64,000 nucleotides of DNA, taken from Trichosphaerium sp. ATCC 40318 (taxonomy: Eukaryota > Protista > Tubulinea). A model generated the notes under the pieces. That model ran no database searches. It was not told the origin of the DNA and worked only from the letters and a program-made list of their open reading frames with translations. Positions 25,400 to 38,501 of this stretch are shown piece after piece. Made by a program: the position numbers and the translations under genes. Each line of letters begins with the position of its first letter. Within the stretch, counting starts at the first letter, position 1. The stretch spans positions 1-64,000 of the forward strand of contig JALMLS010000250.1 of assembly GCA_038496445.1 (NCBI GenBank), in the 5' to 3' direction.

Positions 25400-26090
25400 T
25401 ATCATATTCAGTCTTACTTGTAAATACTGTATAATAATTCAATCCATTCAAAGGAGTTTTTACCAGTCGAAAAAGTGCAAATGTACAACTATCAATTTTC
25501 TGTAAGCTTGAATGAGCAATAACTGTAATCACGACCGCAATGTAGCTTTCTAACTTCTCAAATATCAAGAGTTGGTTCGACATACCTTTTAAACTAGAAC
25601 ACACATGAAAGTCCTTAAAGATATTTTAAAGACAAGACAGTACAAAGTCATGAATAATACAACAAAGCTTCGTGAAAATCACTTCTCTATTTTATGTACG
25701 GGTGCCGTAAAATCAAAGCAACACTGTATAACAAATAATGATCTGAAAGCACTATAAGGCGTTGATAGCATTGACTTAAGTTACACTTCAGTGTCTGATG
25801 AAGGCATCAAGGCTTTCAGGTGTTCAACGATCAATCTTAGTTCAACATCAGTTACAGATGAAGGAGTTAAGACAGTACAAATTGACCTGAAAGCACTTCA
25901 AAAAGGCATCAAAGTGCTACAAGATGTTCGTAAGATTACTTTAACATCTACTACAAATGAAGCCATCTATGCACCAGCAGAAGAGCTATTTTCCATAGGT
26001 GTGACAGATATCGACTTGAAAGAATTATCATTTCTTATTAAATTCTTAAACAATGTGCACATCTTTGAACTACTCGCAATCATGAGATAG
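25400..26090 (+). pseudogene. Decayed intronless LRR (AMN1/F-box-LRR type) sequence
   Basis: ITNNDLKAL*GVDSIDLSYTSVSDEGIKAFRCSTINLSSTSVTDEGVK with an in-frame stop; similar to 34417-34797. Confidence 0.55.
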
Positions 26091-26233
26091 TTTAGGGTGT
26101 TCACCGTTCTTGTAACCTAAATAAACGGATACAAAATGCTCACATCACTGTATTCTTACTAGCAAATGCAGACAATTAAGCCCAAGTGTTCACAGGCGAA
26201 AGAAGTAATTTTTATTGTATTTTAATAGCGAAA

Positions 26234-28638
26234 TTACAAAAACTCTGGTATCGTAAAGTAAAATCTTTCCTTAGGTTCACGTGCTTCCATTGGTGGTACG
26301 TCAAGGAGAACTTCAGAAGATTCTGGTATCTTTTCTTCCCAAGTGATATCAGGCCTTAAAAAGGACAGTGAGTACCATGTCAAGTGCAAATACAAACACT
26401 ATTGTCAACATAAAAAGGCAATTACCTGTAATGTGTGATTGTCTTCTGTATTGAGCCAATATCTCCCTGTAGTAATAAGTGTAAGTGTATATTATACTCT
26501 AATAGGTAAAAAATATTTTCAATAACGTACTTTCCACCAGAAAGGTATTCTGACTACAGTGTAACCTAAAAAAAAAGGTGAACAAAACTAATGAAAAAAT
26601 AAAAACAAACCTAGTTTTGTCAGGTGACCGTGTTTCTCTTGCTCTCTCAATGCGTCAACTAGTTTAGGTCCAAACCTAAATCCATTTTGTGCTTCAAAAT
26701 AGTTTTCGCGATCTAAGGTACAGAGTAAGAAGCTTAGCAAAAAAAAAATAAAAAAATAAAAAGGCGCTCTTACCTTGCCAATCCAATACAAGTTTAAGTT
26801 TAGGAATATAAACAGTAACTTCAGTGTTCTTTTCAGTAATAGAAAATTTATAGCTGTCTAATACTTCATATGGCTTAAATAGAAGAACAGAATGTTTATA
26901 CAAGTGCCTAACAATAAAAACATTAAGATTGATTTTCAACAAAGTTTTTCTTCATCATCAAGCGATTGAAGAATAAAGAACGTACCTCTTTGGACCGTTA
27001 TCTGCTTTTGAAAAACAAGCAAATTCCCAGAGATAGTCTGGGTTTGAAAGTTGGAAGATACCAGGATGATACTTAAGTATCTCTTTTCCTTTTTCAAGCT
27101 TTCCGATCTCTGAGCGTGTCTTCCAATACCACTGCTCTGGAGATGTAATACCCAACTCTTTCTCAGCAGCTTTACAATAAATAAGTACCAAGAACAAATA
27201 GAAAAAGTGTAAATGCTAAACAACTCATCACGTGTATAGAGTAACAAAATTTGAAAGAAAAACTTTTCACTTGTACTTTTTTTTGGTAGTACGTACTTTT
27301 GATGTAATCTATAAGTTCTTGAGATGGTTTTTCATCTTCCTTTGGATATGGTTTTGGATAATTTACAATTTCTTTTTCACGAATAGTATCACGGCTGTAG
27401 ATATTTAATGAATCGCAAATTGAAAAAATAAAATTTTCTCAAACAGCAATACATACCCGCGAAAGATGGAATCATAAAAATCCCATTCTGGAAATACTGT
27501 ACGGCACATGTTCAATAGTTTTCCCTTGTAGCTTTATAATATATATTAGCACACATGTAATTCATTTATACAACGTTGGATGTGATATTAGCCCGAGATA
27601 GGACGAAAAAGATTTGAAAAAAAACATACAATTCATTCAGCTTTTGGCCGCCTTGTCTTTTTACGATATCCTTTGTGACTTGTGCCCAATCATATGGTGT
27701 CATATACCCTTGGGCTAGTGCCAATCGCTCAAGGAAATGGCGTGCCATACGTACTTCCTCAAAGTACTTTTGTAGAGGCTCTCTAGCACCAATCGTTAAA
27801 TTAAACATAAACAATTCAATTTTGGGTTTGTATGACACTTACTTGAAAACCCACCACTGCCATAAGTACTCTGGATACAATGCATCTAATGCATGGAATA
27901 TTGAGTCGTATCTAACGCCAAACAGGTGAGCAACACAAGAAAATTGGCTCAACAGCAAAAAAAGTATTGAAAAAAAGATGATGAAATGCTTATGGACTCG
28001 CTAAACCGCTGTGTGCTTAAAACGCGGATTCACTGCGCCAAAGCTAAGTGTAGCGTCTTTTTGGGGAGTTCTTGAACGTACTTGTTGAGAATACCTGCGC
28101 CTCCGTATCTCTTAACCTCTTGTATAGTGAATTTATACCAATGCTCCGGCCTGTTGACAAGTGTCAGTTTTTACAAAATCATGTAAGCTGTCGTGGAGCG
28201 CATTCGCAGGTTAAACGCTATAGACGTGTACCTAGAGATTTCCATGCGTTCTGTAATGTTGTTTTCAATAAATCGCCGTTGTTTACCGCCAATGATTCTG
28301 TACTTCTTTGGTCTGAAAGATGCTGCTATAGTAGTGGAATCTATTGGTTTTGGGATAGGCGGTAGATAACCTACATCCTGCTCTTCTTCGTCCTCTTCGT
28401 ATCCTTGGCGTTTATTAAGCATCATATAAAGTTTTGGTAGCGATTAACACATGTTAACGCCAGGGCTAAGTAAAAAACGTTCAAAGCTATTTAAATAGCG
28501 TCGATCTGTAGTGGCAATAACAATTTCATTGTTGTCAAATTCGTTTAAGTAAAACGTACTGGCATAGCAACGAGTAGACTGTATTACGCTATTATAAGTA
28601 CGAGAGCTAACTTTCTGTAGAGTTCTGCAAAACATCAT
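26234..28638 (-). CDS. Putative mitochondrial protein with W-x-GG repeats and a C-terminal degenerate PD-(D/E)XK/RAP-like domain
   Basis: Arg/Ser-rich transit-like N-terminus (MMFCRTLQKVSSRTY..RCYA); three repeats (PEHWYKFT..GGAGILNKY.SIFHAL..LYPEY.W.WW.F); EVTVYIPKLKLVLDWQ; GYTVVRIPFWW. Confidence 0.7.
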
Positions 28639-28842
28639 CTGTAGCTACCAACTATACGCGTATAAGGATGAAGATGACCTGCTGTAAGATGCTTGCAATT
28701 TAAATTCGCCACAGCAGTGAATTTAAGGTCAAAGACTTGCGCACACTTATTTTTTTTGTTTTTTTTTTACTGCCAAACAGGCGCTTATGACGCAACAAGA
28801 CCTTGGGCCACTAAGAGTGTTTACAGAATGTGGTTAACTGCA

Positions 28843-29116
28843 GAAATGTCGGCATACACTTTGCAGTAAAAATGCCGAATATTGTGCAAGTTTCCCTGTC
28901 ATTTAGAGCGCTTTTTATAAAGAAAACTCGTAAAGTTTTCAGCTGTAGCGTTTGTTGTCATTTTTTGGAGTGTTTACAAAGAAAACTCGCACTGTTTTCG
29001 GCTTTTTTGCCTCTCGCTCACAACGCTCCTGAAACGCATACAAATTGTCGAAATTGGCTCTACCACGCATGCAAAGCTATACAGAGGCGGAAACGCAAAA
29101 GTGGAATCGACATCTC
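28843..29116 (+). repeat. Dispersed ~275 bp non-coding fold-back element, copy 1 (MITE-like or ncRNA)
   Basis: Highly similar to the reverse complement of 62589-62877, with a ~80 nt identical core and frame-breaking indels between the copies. Confidence 0.85.
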
Positions 29117-29311
29117 AAATTTTTGCTCGATTGTATGTACAACCTAACCAACGTGTAACCAAATATTTTACAGTCAAGACGTCTCTGTGTAGATTTCTTA
29201 TTGTTTTCGCATCGCTTGGTATTCCTCTGCCTTAAACAGCCAATAAATTCATTCGTTCCACTCACTAGCTAGCGCTAAATGCAGGTCAATACCCAAACCC
29301 GCAACTGGACA

Positions 29312-29755
29312 ATGCATACAACGGCCAAACTCATTTTCTGGTTCCAAGCCGTTCAAGGTGTCTTTTTTGCTGGCGCTCTAATATTCTTCCAACAATTCTA
29401 CCTTGCTTTGATGGACTTTATTGGTACTAGTGTGCTAGGAGGACCAACTGACAATTTGTGGGCACGCCAACAGCACGACACCTTTCATATCTCTTTTTCA
29501 GGAGCTGGATGTCTTGTAGCTACATTTGGATCATTGTACGCGCTGTACGTGGACAGATATGAAGTTGTAAACACCGTTTTGCTTCAGCAACAAGTTTGGA
29601 TGTGGTCTGGAGCTATATTGTTTCTAATTGATGGTATTTTGAATGGTTCTGGGCATGCTGCTTATTTCGGTGCATCTGTTTGCGCAATTCAAGCAATTTG
29701 GTTCACAATCGCCTTCTTGACATTAAAAAAGCCTGTAAGCACAAAGAGAGACTAA
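29312..29755 (+). CDS. Intronless multi-pass (about 4 TM) membrane protein
   Basis: ORF with four hydrophobic stretches and a basic C-terminus; an alternative ATG lies at 29279. Confidence 0.7.
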   Translation: MHTTAKLIFWFQAVQGVFFAGALIFFQQFYLALMDFIGTSVLGGPTDNLWARQQHDTFHISFSGAGCLVATFGSLYALYVDRYEVVNTVLLQQQVWMWSGAILFLIDGILNGSGHAAYFGASVCAIQAIWFTIAFLTLKKPVSTKRD

Positions 29756-29923
29756 ATAAATGATAAAACTCGTGTTGTAATCGCGAAACATCTTTCATTA
29801 CACAGTAGCACTAAGCACCGCGATGGCCAACGCGACTTTGAAAAATATTGAAATTTCTTGAATTTTATTGCGTTTTCAAAATAGTCAGCCACTCCTGAGA
29901 TGCACAAACGCCTTCGATAAACG

Positions 29924-32900
29924 ATGGATTATGTAGAAAAATTCTTTGATGGCCTCCAGGGGTATTTTAACCTCAATGCGGCCACTTTGAGTGGAGCTAT
30001 CGATATCGTGGTGGTAGAACAACCAGATGGCACTCTGAAGTGCACTCCGTTCCATGTCCGCTTCGGCAAACGACAGTTGATTAATTCAAGGGAGAAAACG
30101 GTAATTCCATTAGACTGGCACTTTAAAATTTTTACATGCGCTCTAAACCTCAAATACCGCATTCGTGCACAAACTTCAGCGGTTAATAGTGTTTTAGGTG
30201 ACTATTTACGTTAATGGAGAACCTACTGAGATGAGGATGAAGCTGGGCTCAAGGGGTGAAGCATACTTCGTTGCAGAAACAAAAGTACGCACAATTTTTT
30301 TCTACAGCACTCAAGTCATGGGCTCGAGTGAACCCTTTGCACAAGCGCTTTCTCTGGCGCTAACAAACGACCTCCACAGCAAAATGTTTAACACTTGTTA
30401 CTTCTGGAATTTACTTCAATAGGAAGCTCCACCAATTGGCCAAATGGCAACCTCACCTATTGCTTCTCCTTCTCTCACTCGGGAAAGTTCCAGAACAGTA
30501 CGTCAACTTTTTTTATGTAATTTGGCAATATCGCTACTTCTACGGCTCATCAAACATCTTGGGTCTTGAGGGCCTGTTTACTGCAAAATAAATTTCATCA
30601 CAACTCAAGTAACAAACTTTTTTTCCTCCAATTGGGACTGTTCTAAAATATTCGTAGCGCATTCCAGACAAGCGTGACCCTTTATCTATTCCATTGACTG
30701 CATACATGGAGGAAGCGAATGAAGAAGAACCACTCATATCAAGCTCAGCGCCATTACCAATCGTTCGCATTAATGGTACATATTTTATAGAAAAAAAAAT
30801 TTGCGCTGGAAGTGTCACTTTTACGAAAAGTTTTTCCGTTTGGGTTTTTTTTCATGTTTTTTATTCGTAACTCGTAACCTCTGCTGTAGAACTTACACCA
30901 CGGTCTCGTAAGAAACTTGAACCTTATTATGACGCCGAAACAATTCGACTATCATCATCATACGTCGCTCCAAGCGAGATCCCAGTGAGTTTATATTTTT
31001 GTTTTCTAGTATTCCGACAACTTTTTTTTATTTTCCGTTTGTGAAACTTGGCCTGATTATTTTTGTTTAGGCTTTACAACAAGCGCAACCAGGTGTTACT
31101 TGGTCTTGGGGAGATGTGCCTGTTATTGAAAGAAGTGAACAGGATATGGCACGTAACGTGCTTTCAGACAGTGAAGGTAAAAATACATTCAGACTTTTTT
31201 TGTTTTCTGGATCTATTAAAAAAACACACATTCGAGTTTTCTCGACTACTGAAACAGATTATTTGTTCTTTAATCTAACACGCAATAGTAAACGTATACA
31301 ATGCCCCTGAACCTGAGTTAAATAATGGTACGCACAAGCACGAAATTAAATAAAATTAACAACAAGACCTACCAAAATCATCTCTCCTAACACATCGTTT
31401 AGAAGCACGTAATAAAAGTTGGCTTTCTTGGCTATCGTTTAGTCGCGCTCAGAACCCTAAATCTGTACGGTGTTTTGTAGTTTTTTTTCATATAATTGTG
31501 CTGACGTGGATTTTTTGTACAGGATTCTACAGCTGATGTGGAAGGGCTAGACGATGGTACGTTTTTTTTTGTTTTGATCAACTAGGTTTAAAATCACCTT
31601 ACTCGATTTTAGAATCTCCTATTGTTGGTAATCATAGGCTCCCTGTGATAGAGGGAAGTTCTGAATCCTCTGAGTTTGTTGTAGATACTGACATACCAAC
31701 TGGTACGTGGTAAAATTAATTGTACCAAAAATTACAGCAAACCCAAAAAATGCGCTGTATTGCTTTTTTATCTTCCGCAATTTGCTAATACTTGCTTGAA
31801 GGCGTTATTGAGAAAGATGACGATATGTTTGATATGGACCTAGATGAGTCACCAGGTAAGCATCATCACACGTGATAATTATGCTTGAAACGTAGAAGAT
31901 AGTTTTAACTATTTTTTTTTTGTGTCTAACTTGAGCTTAGAGCATCTTACTGTCTCTGAAGTGAACGCAGAAAGAGAAAGAACAGATTCAAAAGAAGTTT
32001 ACAGACAAGCAAATAGTAGTGATACAACACAAGTTACTGCAGCATTAAAGAGGATGGAAAGCCTAGAACACGACGATGTCGCAAAAAATATACACAAACA
32101 TACAGATGAAAAGGTAACCTTGTTCTTGTTTTCTCATTAAATCTATTTTACTTCGTTGTTCCTTATACAGTTCTTAGCATAAATTAAATGGTATTGATTG
32201 GAGTAAGCTTGAGGAGTTGGATATTCAGTTGAGTCTTTGCGGAAGAGATATTTTTCAAGAAGATGATGAAGAGGTATGGCTTGTTTTTTTCTTGTTTGCT
32301 TTAATTTGTTGTTGTTGTTCGTTTTTCGCTTACAAAGTATGTAGAAAGCCGTTGCGCTATTCCAAGAACACGCTTTGACACTTGATAAAATGGCAGAGAA
32401 CCCTCAGGCTCTTGCATCGCCTAATCTAATCGCAAAAATAAAAAATAAGTACGTTGGATTCAGTAAAACTCTGACGACGTTGTATCTTTCCTACTCGCTC
32501 TTATTGTATACTAGATATCTGCCATGGTCAATTGCTAGTACTGCTATTGTATCTGTCCTAGTATTTAAAACACCACTGGATTCTAAACTCATTGAAACTC
32601 TTTATGAAGATTTTTTAATCGAAGTAAGAAAAGAAACTGAAAAAAAGAATGTTGAGCAAGGTGGTTGGAGTTGGTTCTGGCCACGTAGACCAAGCTCTAC
32701 AAGTGTACGTTATCCCTTAGGCGCATGACGGCATATATTACGCGATACGAAGTTAACTTCGGTCTACAGGATACCCCAAAACCAGTCATTCCAAAAGAAG
32801 TTAATAAAGAGGCGACCGAACAAGCCGTTAGATCACGATCACTAAGTCCTGTCCGAGGATCTGATGATGAATCTGTCAGTACGGATCCAGAGACATTTTA

Positions 32901-34242
32901 CCAAAAGAGTGTTATGCCACCACCAGAGATGCTTGTACGTACCATCCCTCTTTTTGAAAACGAATCGAACGATGAACAGCCTGCTGTTTTGTATAAAATT
33001 TAGTTGATTGTTCACTTAGAAAGCACTTAACTTGGTCCCTGGACGTAATGAAATAGTCTTCAGTGTATATAGTACACTTCAAGGCGAACAAAACGTACGT
33101 ACATGAGTGTTAAGTCACTACAAACATATTTCTAAACTTAAACTTTTTAGGTGCACGCAAGCATTTACTTTTACACTGCAAAAGACAAACTTGTCATTTC
33201 TGATATAGATGGAACTATCACAAGGTAAGAGTGGATTAAAACACTATTTTATTATCCTCTGACTGTCTCTAGATCTGATGTTTATGGTCATGTATTGCCT
33301 TGGTTAGGTAAAGACTGGTCTCATGCTGGTATTGCTGAGTTGTACACAAATATTAAAAAGAATGGATACAAAATCATATATTTGACATCACGTGCAATTG
33401 GTCAGGTAAACCAGTCTATCTTCTTGGTTTTTTTTGTAGACAAAGATGTTCTCTAACTGTTTTATTACAAAGGCTGAGATTACAAAAGCGTTTTTGGAAG
33501 GTGTTGCACAGTTTAAGGATGACGCTCTCGCAAATGAAATAGCTAAATCAGAGAACCCTGAAGAGGCTCTGAATGATGCTAGAAGGGCTGCACTTGTACA
33601 TACATTACCTGATGGACCCGTTTTCATGTCACCTGCGCGATTGTTAAGCGCTATCAATAGGTACAAAAAAAAAGGTAAAGCAACGTCAGTGCTAAGGTTT
33701 TTTACAGGGAGGTTATTCTACGCAAGCCTGAAGAGTTTAAAATCAAATGCTTGAGTGATATTAAAGATTTATGGCCTAATGGAATAAATCCTTTCTACGC
33801 TGGTTTTGGAAATCGTATTACCGTACGTTTAGCGCTAGTGTAAATTGTTTTTGGTGATTTGTTTTTTTGTGGATATTTTTTGGATTTTTATTCACTTGTT
33901 GTTTGCTCATACTTGTTACCTAGGATCAACGTTCATACTTGAAAGTTGGTATTCCAGATGGTAGAATATTCATTGTTAACCCAAAGAGTGAAATTACGAT
34001 AAATAACTTGAATGGGTCTAACTGGACGTACGTGGAAAAAAAAAAGAAGAAGAATGCCTTGTAGTTTTTTTTGTTTATTTCTACTTAGGTACAAAAACAT
34101 CAATCAGTTGCTTAAGAGCGTTTTCCCAACATTGTCTACTACTCAAAGGTCTGAATTAGAAGCCTTAGAATACAGTGACACTTCATACTGGGGTGCTACA
34201 TCAAATGTGTATGACTCAGACGACTTGGAAGATTTTGTATGA
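29924..34242 (+). CDS. PAH1: Lipin / phosphatidate phosphatase
   Basis: N-LIP: [32 protein letters not shown]; C-LIP HAD motif [46 protein letters not shown]. Confidence 0.96.
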
Positions 34243-34416
34243 AGAACCAACAAAAAAGAAAAAAAAATCCTGTAAATACAAAACTGTACAAACATTAAAA
34301 AAAACCTAGCTAATATCGTGTTGATGCGTTTCACTTATAAAGAACCTACTTTAAAGCTTGCGTACAATTGAGTAAGAATTCTTTTTTAAATAGCACAGCT
34401 GTTGTAAATTACTGTC

Positions 34417-34797
34417 TTAGATTTGCTTTTTGTTGCATAAGATTTCATCGAATAAGATTTCATGAATATTACCCAATTGCATGACATATTTATCTATTAT
34501 CTGTTGGCAACCCAAAGTGATTTCATGCGCGCTTGACAATGCCTTGATACCCTCATCTGTTACATTACAGGAACTCAAGTCAACAGTATGAACACCAGCC
34601 AATGCTTTGATGCCTTCATCTGTTATATTACAACAGCTCAAGTTGATCTTAACACCAGTCAATGCTTTTAAACCTTCGTCTGTAATTCTTCTATCCATTA
34701 AAGATATTTCATATACACCAGTCGTAAATTGCACGTGATTATCTTTAATGTGCCCATGTAAAGTAATTGGGGTAGCCTTTGTTGCCGTATTTATCAT
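34417..34797 (-). CDS. Short intronless LRR protein or fragment
   Basis: ITDEGLKALTGVKINLSCCNITDEGIKALAGVHTVDLSSCNVTDEGIKAL repeats. Confidence 0.6.
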   Translation of the reverse strand: MINTATKATPITLHGHIKDNHVQFTTGVYEISLMDRRITDEGLKALTGVKINLSCCNITDEGIKALAGVHTVDLSSCNVTDEGIKALSSAHEITLGCQQIIDKYVMQLGNIHEILFDEILCNKKQI

Positions 34798-35122
34798 TAT
34801 GTGCTGTTGAATGGTATTCTGTTTGCTTTGTATCTAGCCGTTCAGTCATGTTTGTTAAACACAAGAGCGAAGCTGCTGAGGCTCTTAGCAAGCTTAAAGA
34901 AAAGAGGTATGCTATTCAAATAACAAACTTAGAACAACGGTCAAATTGTGAATGACAGTTGCATTTGTTGAGACTAATAGGCCTATGAAGACTGGAAATC
35001 ATTTAAATGTACAACACGTATTGATGCACAATTTTAGTTACATTGTCACTTTTTTATGCTCACTATGGACTTAAATAGCAAAAGGATTGCTTAAGCCAAA
35101 TCTCCAAGATATCTTGTACAAA

Positions 35123-36389
35123 ATGACGTTACGGATCATTTTGTTAATCGTGGTTACCCTATCCTTGGTCTCATCACAAGGCCTAGTTGAAAAACTAAGC
35201 GATTATGACGTAGACACTACAATCGAGCGATTAAGAACCTTCATCACTGTGCGTTGTGTATAAGTACTATTTTTTAGACGTTAATGTTGTTGGAAGGAAA
35301 ACACACCAATATCGATAATAGGACAGATAGACCATAGCGCAAACGCAGCTAGGTACCTCTTTGTCTACATACAAAAAAAATCACGTGATTTACAAACGGT
35401 TTAGTGTAGGGTTGAGTCTGCCGCCTTCAAAAGTTCTTATTATTGGAAATGCGAATATTGGCACTGTTTTTATGCGCGCTGATCAGAGGTATGGTATAGA
35501 AGCACCAATACGTATTCTTGTTTGGGATGACGGAAACGGACAAGTATGATTTATCATTTATCGATTGTGTGTAACATTATACACCAGGTGCACGTGACAT
35601 ACAATGATGCAGAACACAATCGTCAGAGGTTTTGTATTTCTGATCTTGATGCTACTTTTATGATGACAAGAAACGCCTTGAACGGAATTACAAACGCTGC
35701 TACAGGACGTGATGATACTGTTGAACCTTTACCTCCTCTTGGAGCGTGTGATCCAGAAGACCTTGATGCAGTGCGTGACAACCTACCTGTAAAACAACAT
35801 TAGCTAATTTTGGCTCAATAGGCTGGTTTAGTTGTAGTTAAAAGCGAAAATTCTGTGTCTGTGACAGTTCATCAACTAGTTGAATCATTCGAAAATACAC
35901 CTATACGTGTTGTTCTTAATTTTGATCATCAGGCAAACGCATTCAACGTATGTATAACGTCAACTAATACTCTTTATTTGATCCTTTTTGCACTAACATA
36001 CCACAAAACAGAGTGGATTGGAATTACGCCCAACTACAGTTGTATGGTTCGGTAATCCTGCACTGGGAACACCAGTAATGAATAGCAATAATAGAGCTGG
36101 TAATGATCTTCCACAAAAGGTTATTGTATGGGAAGCAGAAAATGGGGATGTTTATCTAGCTTACAACAATCCTAACTACATAAGAGACAGATACCAAATT
36201 GTACAATTTGTCACGTGTTTAAACAAGTTTCTTTTTAACTTTCTCCACCGACTTTAGGACGATCAAGATCACATTTTTACTACGTTTGGAAATGCTCTTA
36301 GTACATTCACTGGTATTGCAGCAACAGAAGCATCTCCTTCTGTTTGCGTGACACCCCTATTTGACCTTGAAAATGAAATTTGCAGGTAA
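35123..36389 (+). CDS. Secreted protein with two tandem DUF302 domains
   Basis: Signal peptide; S.YDVDTTIERL, IDHSANAASVGLSLPPSKVLIIGN, APIRILVWDD; second copy FDHQANA..GLELRPTTVVWFGNPALGTPVM..DLPQKVIVWE. Confidence 0.85.
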
Positions 36390-36801
36390 CGTAGATATGC
36401 AAGTTTGTAAGAGTTATTTGACAGTTTCTCCAGGTGCTATACTGTATTCTGCACAAGACAAGGTAGAGACTTTGTATGCCCTGGAAGATTACCTTTCTGC
36501 TCTTTCTTGTATAGCAGTCAAGGGAGGACAATAACAGCCAGAGAGCGTCACCAGTACTGCACCTGCAGTTTTTAAATTGTATTTTTTGTCATGTCACGAC
36601 AAACTAAAACGTGCAGGTTTGCATCTCACTGTTTACCCCCTTTCAACTTTTTTTTTTCATAATTAATTGCGTCAATGATTTAAATATATAAACCTGCTCA
36701 TCACACGTGACTGCGGAGCAACAAATCAGAAAATAGTCAACACGATTATTTACTACAATTTTCAAAAGCTTTTCGCTTTAAACGGGTCTAAACAACAAAG
36801 T

Positions 36802-38303
36802 ATGAAGGTAGTTATAACTGGAGGATTAGGTTTCATAGGCCAAGAACTAGCCAAGGCTCTATTAAAGCGTGAAACTCTTTCCGGCCATAAAATCGAGAAA
36901 CTCGTTCTATTTGATATTGTAGAGCGCGAAACTGCGCTTTCTAAGGTATTTTAACCGTTTATGTAACTGTTATTCATATTAATCGTTTACAGGACGCAAG
37001 AGTCGAAGTAGTACAAGGAAATATATCCAATGCGTGCGTCAATAACGAATTCGTTAAAAAATGCCTTCTTCTCACCCTGTCACTTAAGTGCCACAGTCAA
37101 CACTGTCCTAGAAACAGACAAGCCATTAACGGTGTTCCATTTATCGTCTATTATGTCCGGTCAAGGAGAACAAGTATGAGAAATAATCACTTTCTTGTAT
37201 TTCTCTGACTTTTTTTCTTTTTTCGTCAAGGACTTCGACTTGGCTCATAGCGTTAATCTTACAGGAACTTTGAATGTTATCAATAATCTACGCAATAGAA
37301 GTGATACACCAAAAATTGTATTCACAAGCACGTGTGCTGTATTTGGACCACAAGAGACTGTTTCAAATGAAACACGGTAAACCCTCATTTATTTCTTCAT
37401 ATCCTTGATCATTGCTCCTCACCATCATAAGATTGTTGCCACAAACTACGTATGGATGTACCAAAGCGTGTTGTGAATTGCTACTAAATGACTACACCAG
37501 AAAAGGTACCTCCCACGCAAAGCGAGGGTCATATCAGTAAATATTGACTTCGCACTATAGGATTTTTGGATGCAAGAATTGCAAGACTTCCTACAGGTAC
37601 GGTACTTTATTATACCTCTCGATCATTAACATATTCTAGTTATTGTAAGACCTGGAAAACCTAATGCGGCTGCATCGAGTTTTTGCTCTGGGTTGTTCCG
37701 TGAGCCACTACAAGGTAATGAGATGTTTTTCTTAAAATGTTTACCAAGGCTTTTATTAGGTGTTGATGTTGAGATCCCTGTTCCACTTGATACAAAGGTA
37801 GCTTCAAACTAGGCGTGGCATGTATTAGCTTAATTGTTTTATAGGTGTTCTTGACAGGATATCCGTCTGTTATTGCAAATCTAATTAAATTACATGAGCT
37901 ACCTGTCGAGAAGTTTACTTTTGATCGAACAGGTGGTTTTTTTTTCTTCTTTGTTTGCCCTTATGAGTATTTTAGCTATACTTCCTGGATTCACACAAAC
38001 AGTGAGTGAAATGGTAGAGAGTCTAAAGAAAGTACATGCAGAAGTAATGCCAAAGAAACCTCTTGGTAAAATCATCGTAAAGGTAACAACCGATGGATTT
38101 TTATGAAGTGACAGCGATTGTTTTTTACTACTTACAATGTATTGTTGATGACTTATTTATGTTACTAGGTTGACCCACAAATACATAAAATAGTAGCAAG
38201 CTGGTTAACAAACGGCGAATGCGCTAATGCAAAGCGACTTGAGTTGCAACAAAGTGATTTACCAGAAGCTATCATAAAGCAGTTTATTATTGATTTTTTG
38301 TAA
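36802..38303 (+). CDS. denD: D-erythronate dehydrogenase-like NAD-dependent epimerase/dehydratase
   Basis: VVITGGLGFIG, VFHLSSIMSGQGEQDFDL, PQTTYGCTKA, DYTRKGFLDARIARLPTVIVRPGKPNAAASSFCSGLFREPL. Confidence 0.88.
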
Positions 38304-38501
38304 AACTGGAAGTTACTCCTCTCCATAAATTACAACCCCTTTCTTGCACAATTAACCACTTTATTATACTACCATTACAAAAATGTTTCAAGGGAACCCA
38401 CACCGACACAAACAAAGGAGCCCTGGTTAAGTCAAGGCTGGAACTATCGACCAACTTTTCATTTCGCAACAGAAAACTCACCTCCCATTTCATAACAAGA
38501 T

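Noticed and set aside
28830-29147. 105-aa ORF and the similar ORFs at 62599-62975
   Set aside because: They lie in the dispersed repeat; indels between the copies shift the frame, so they are not conserved as protein.
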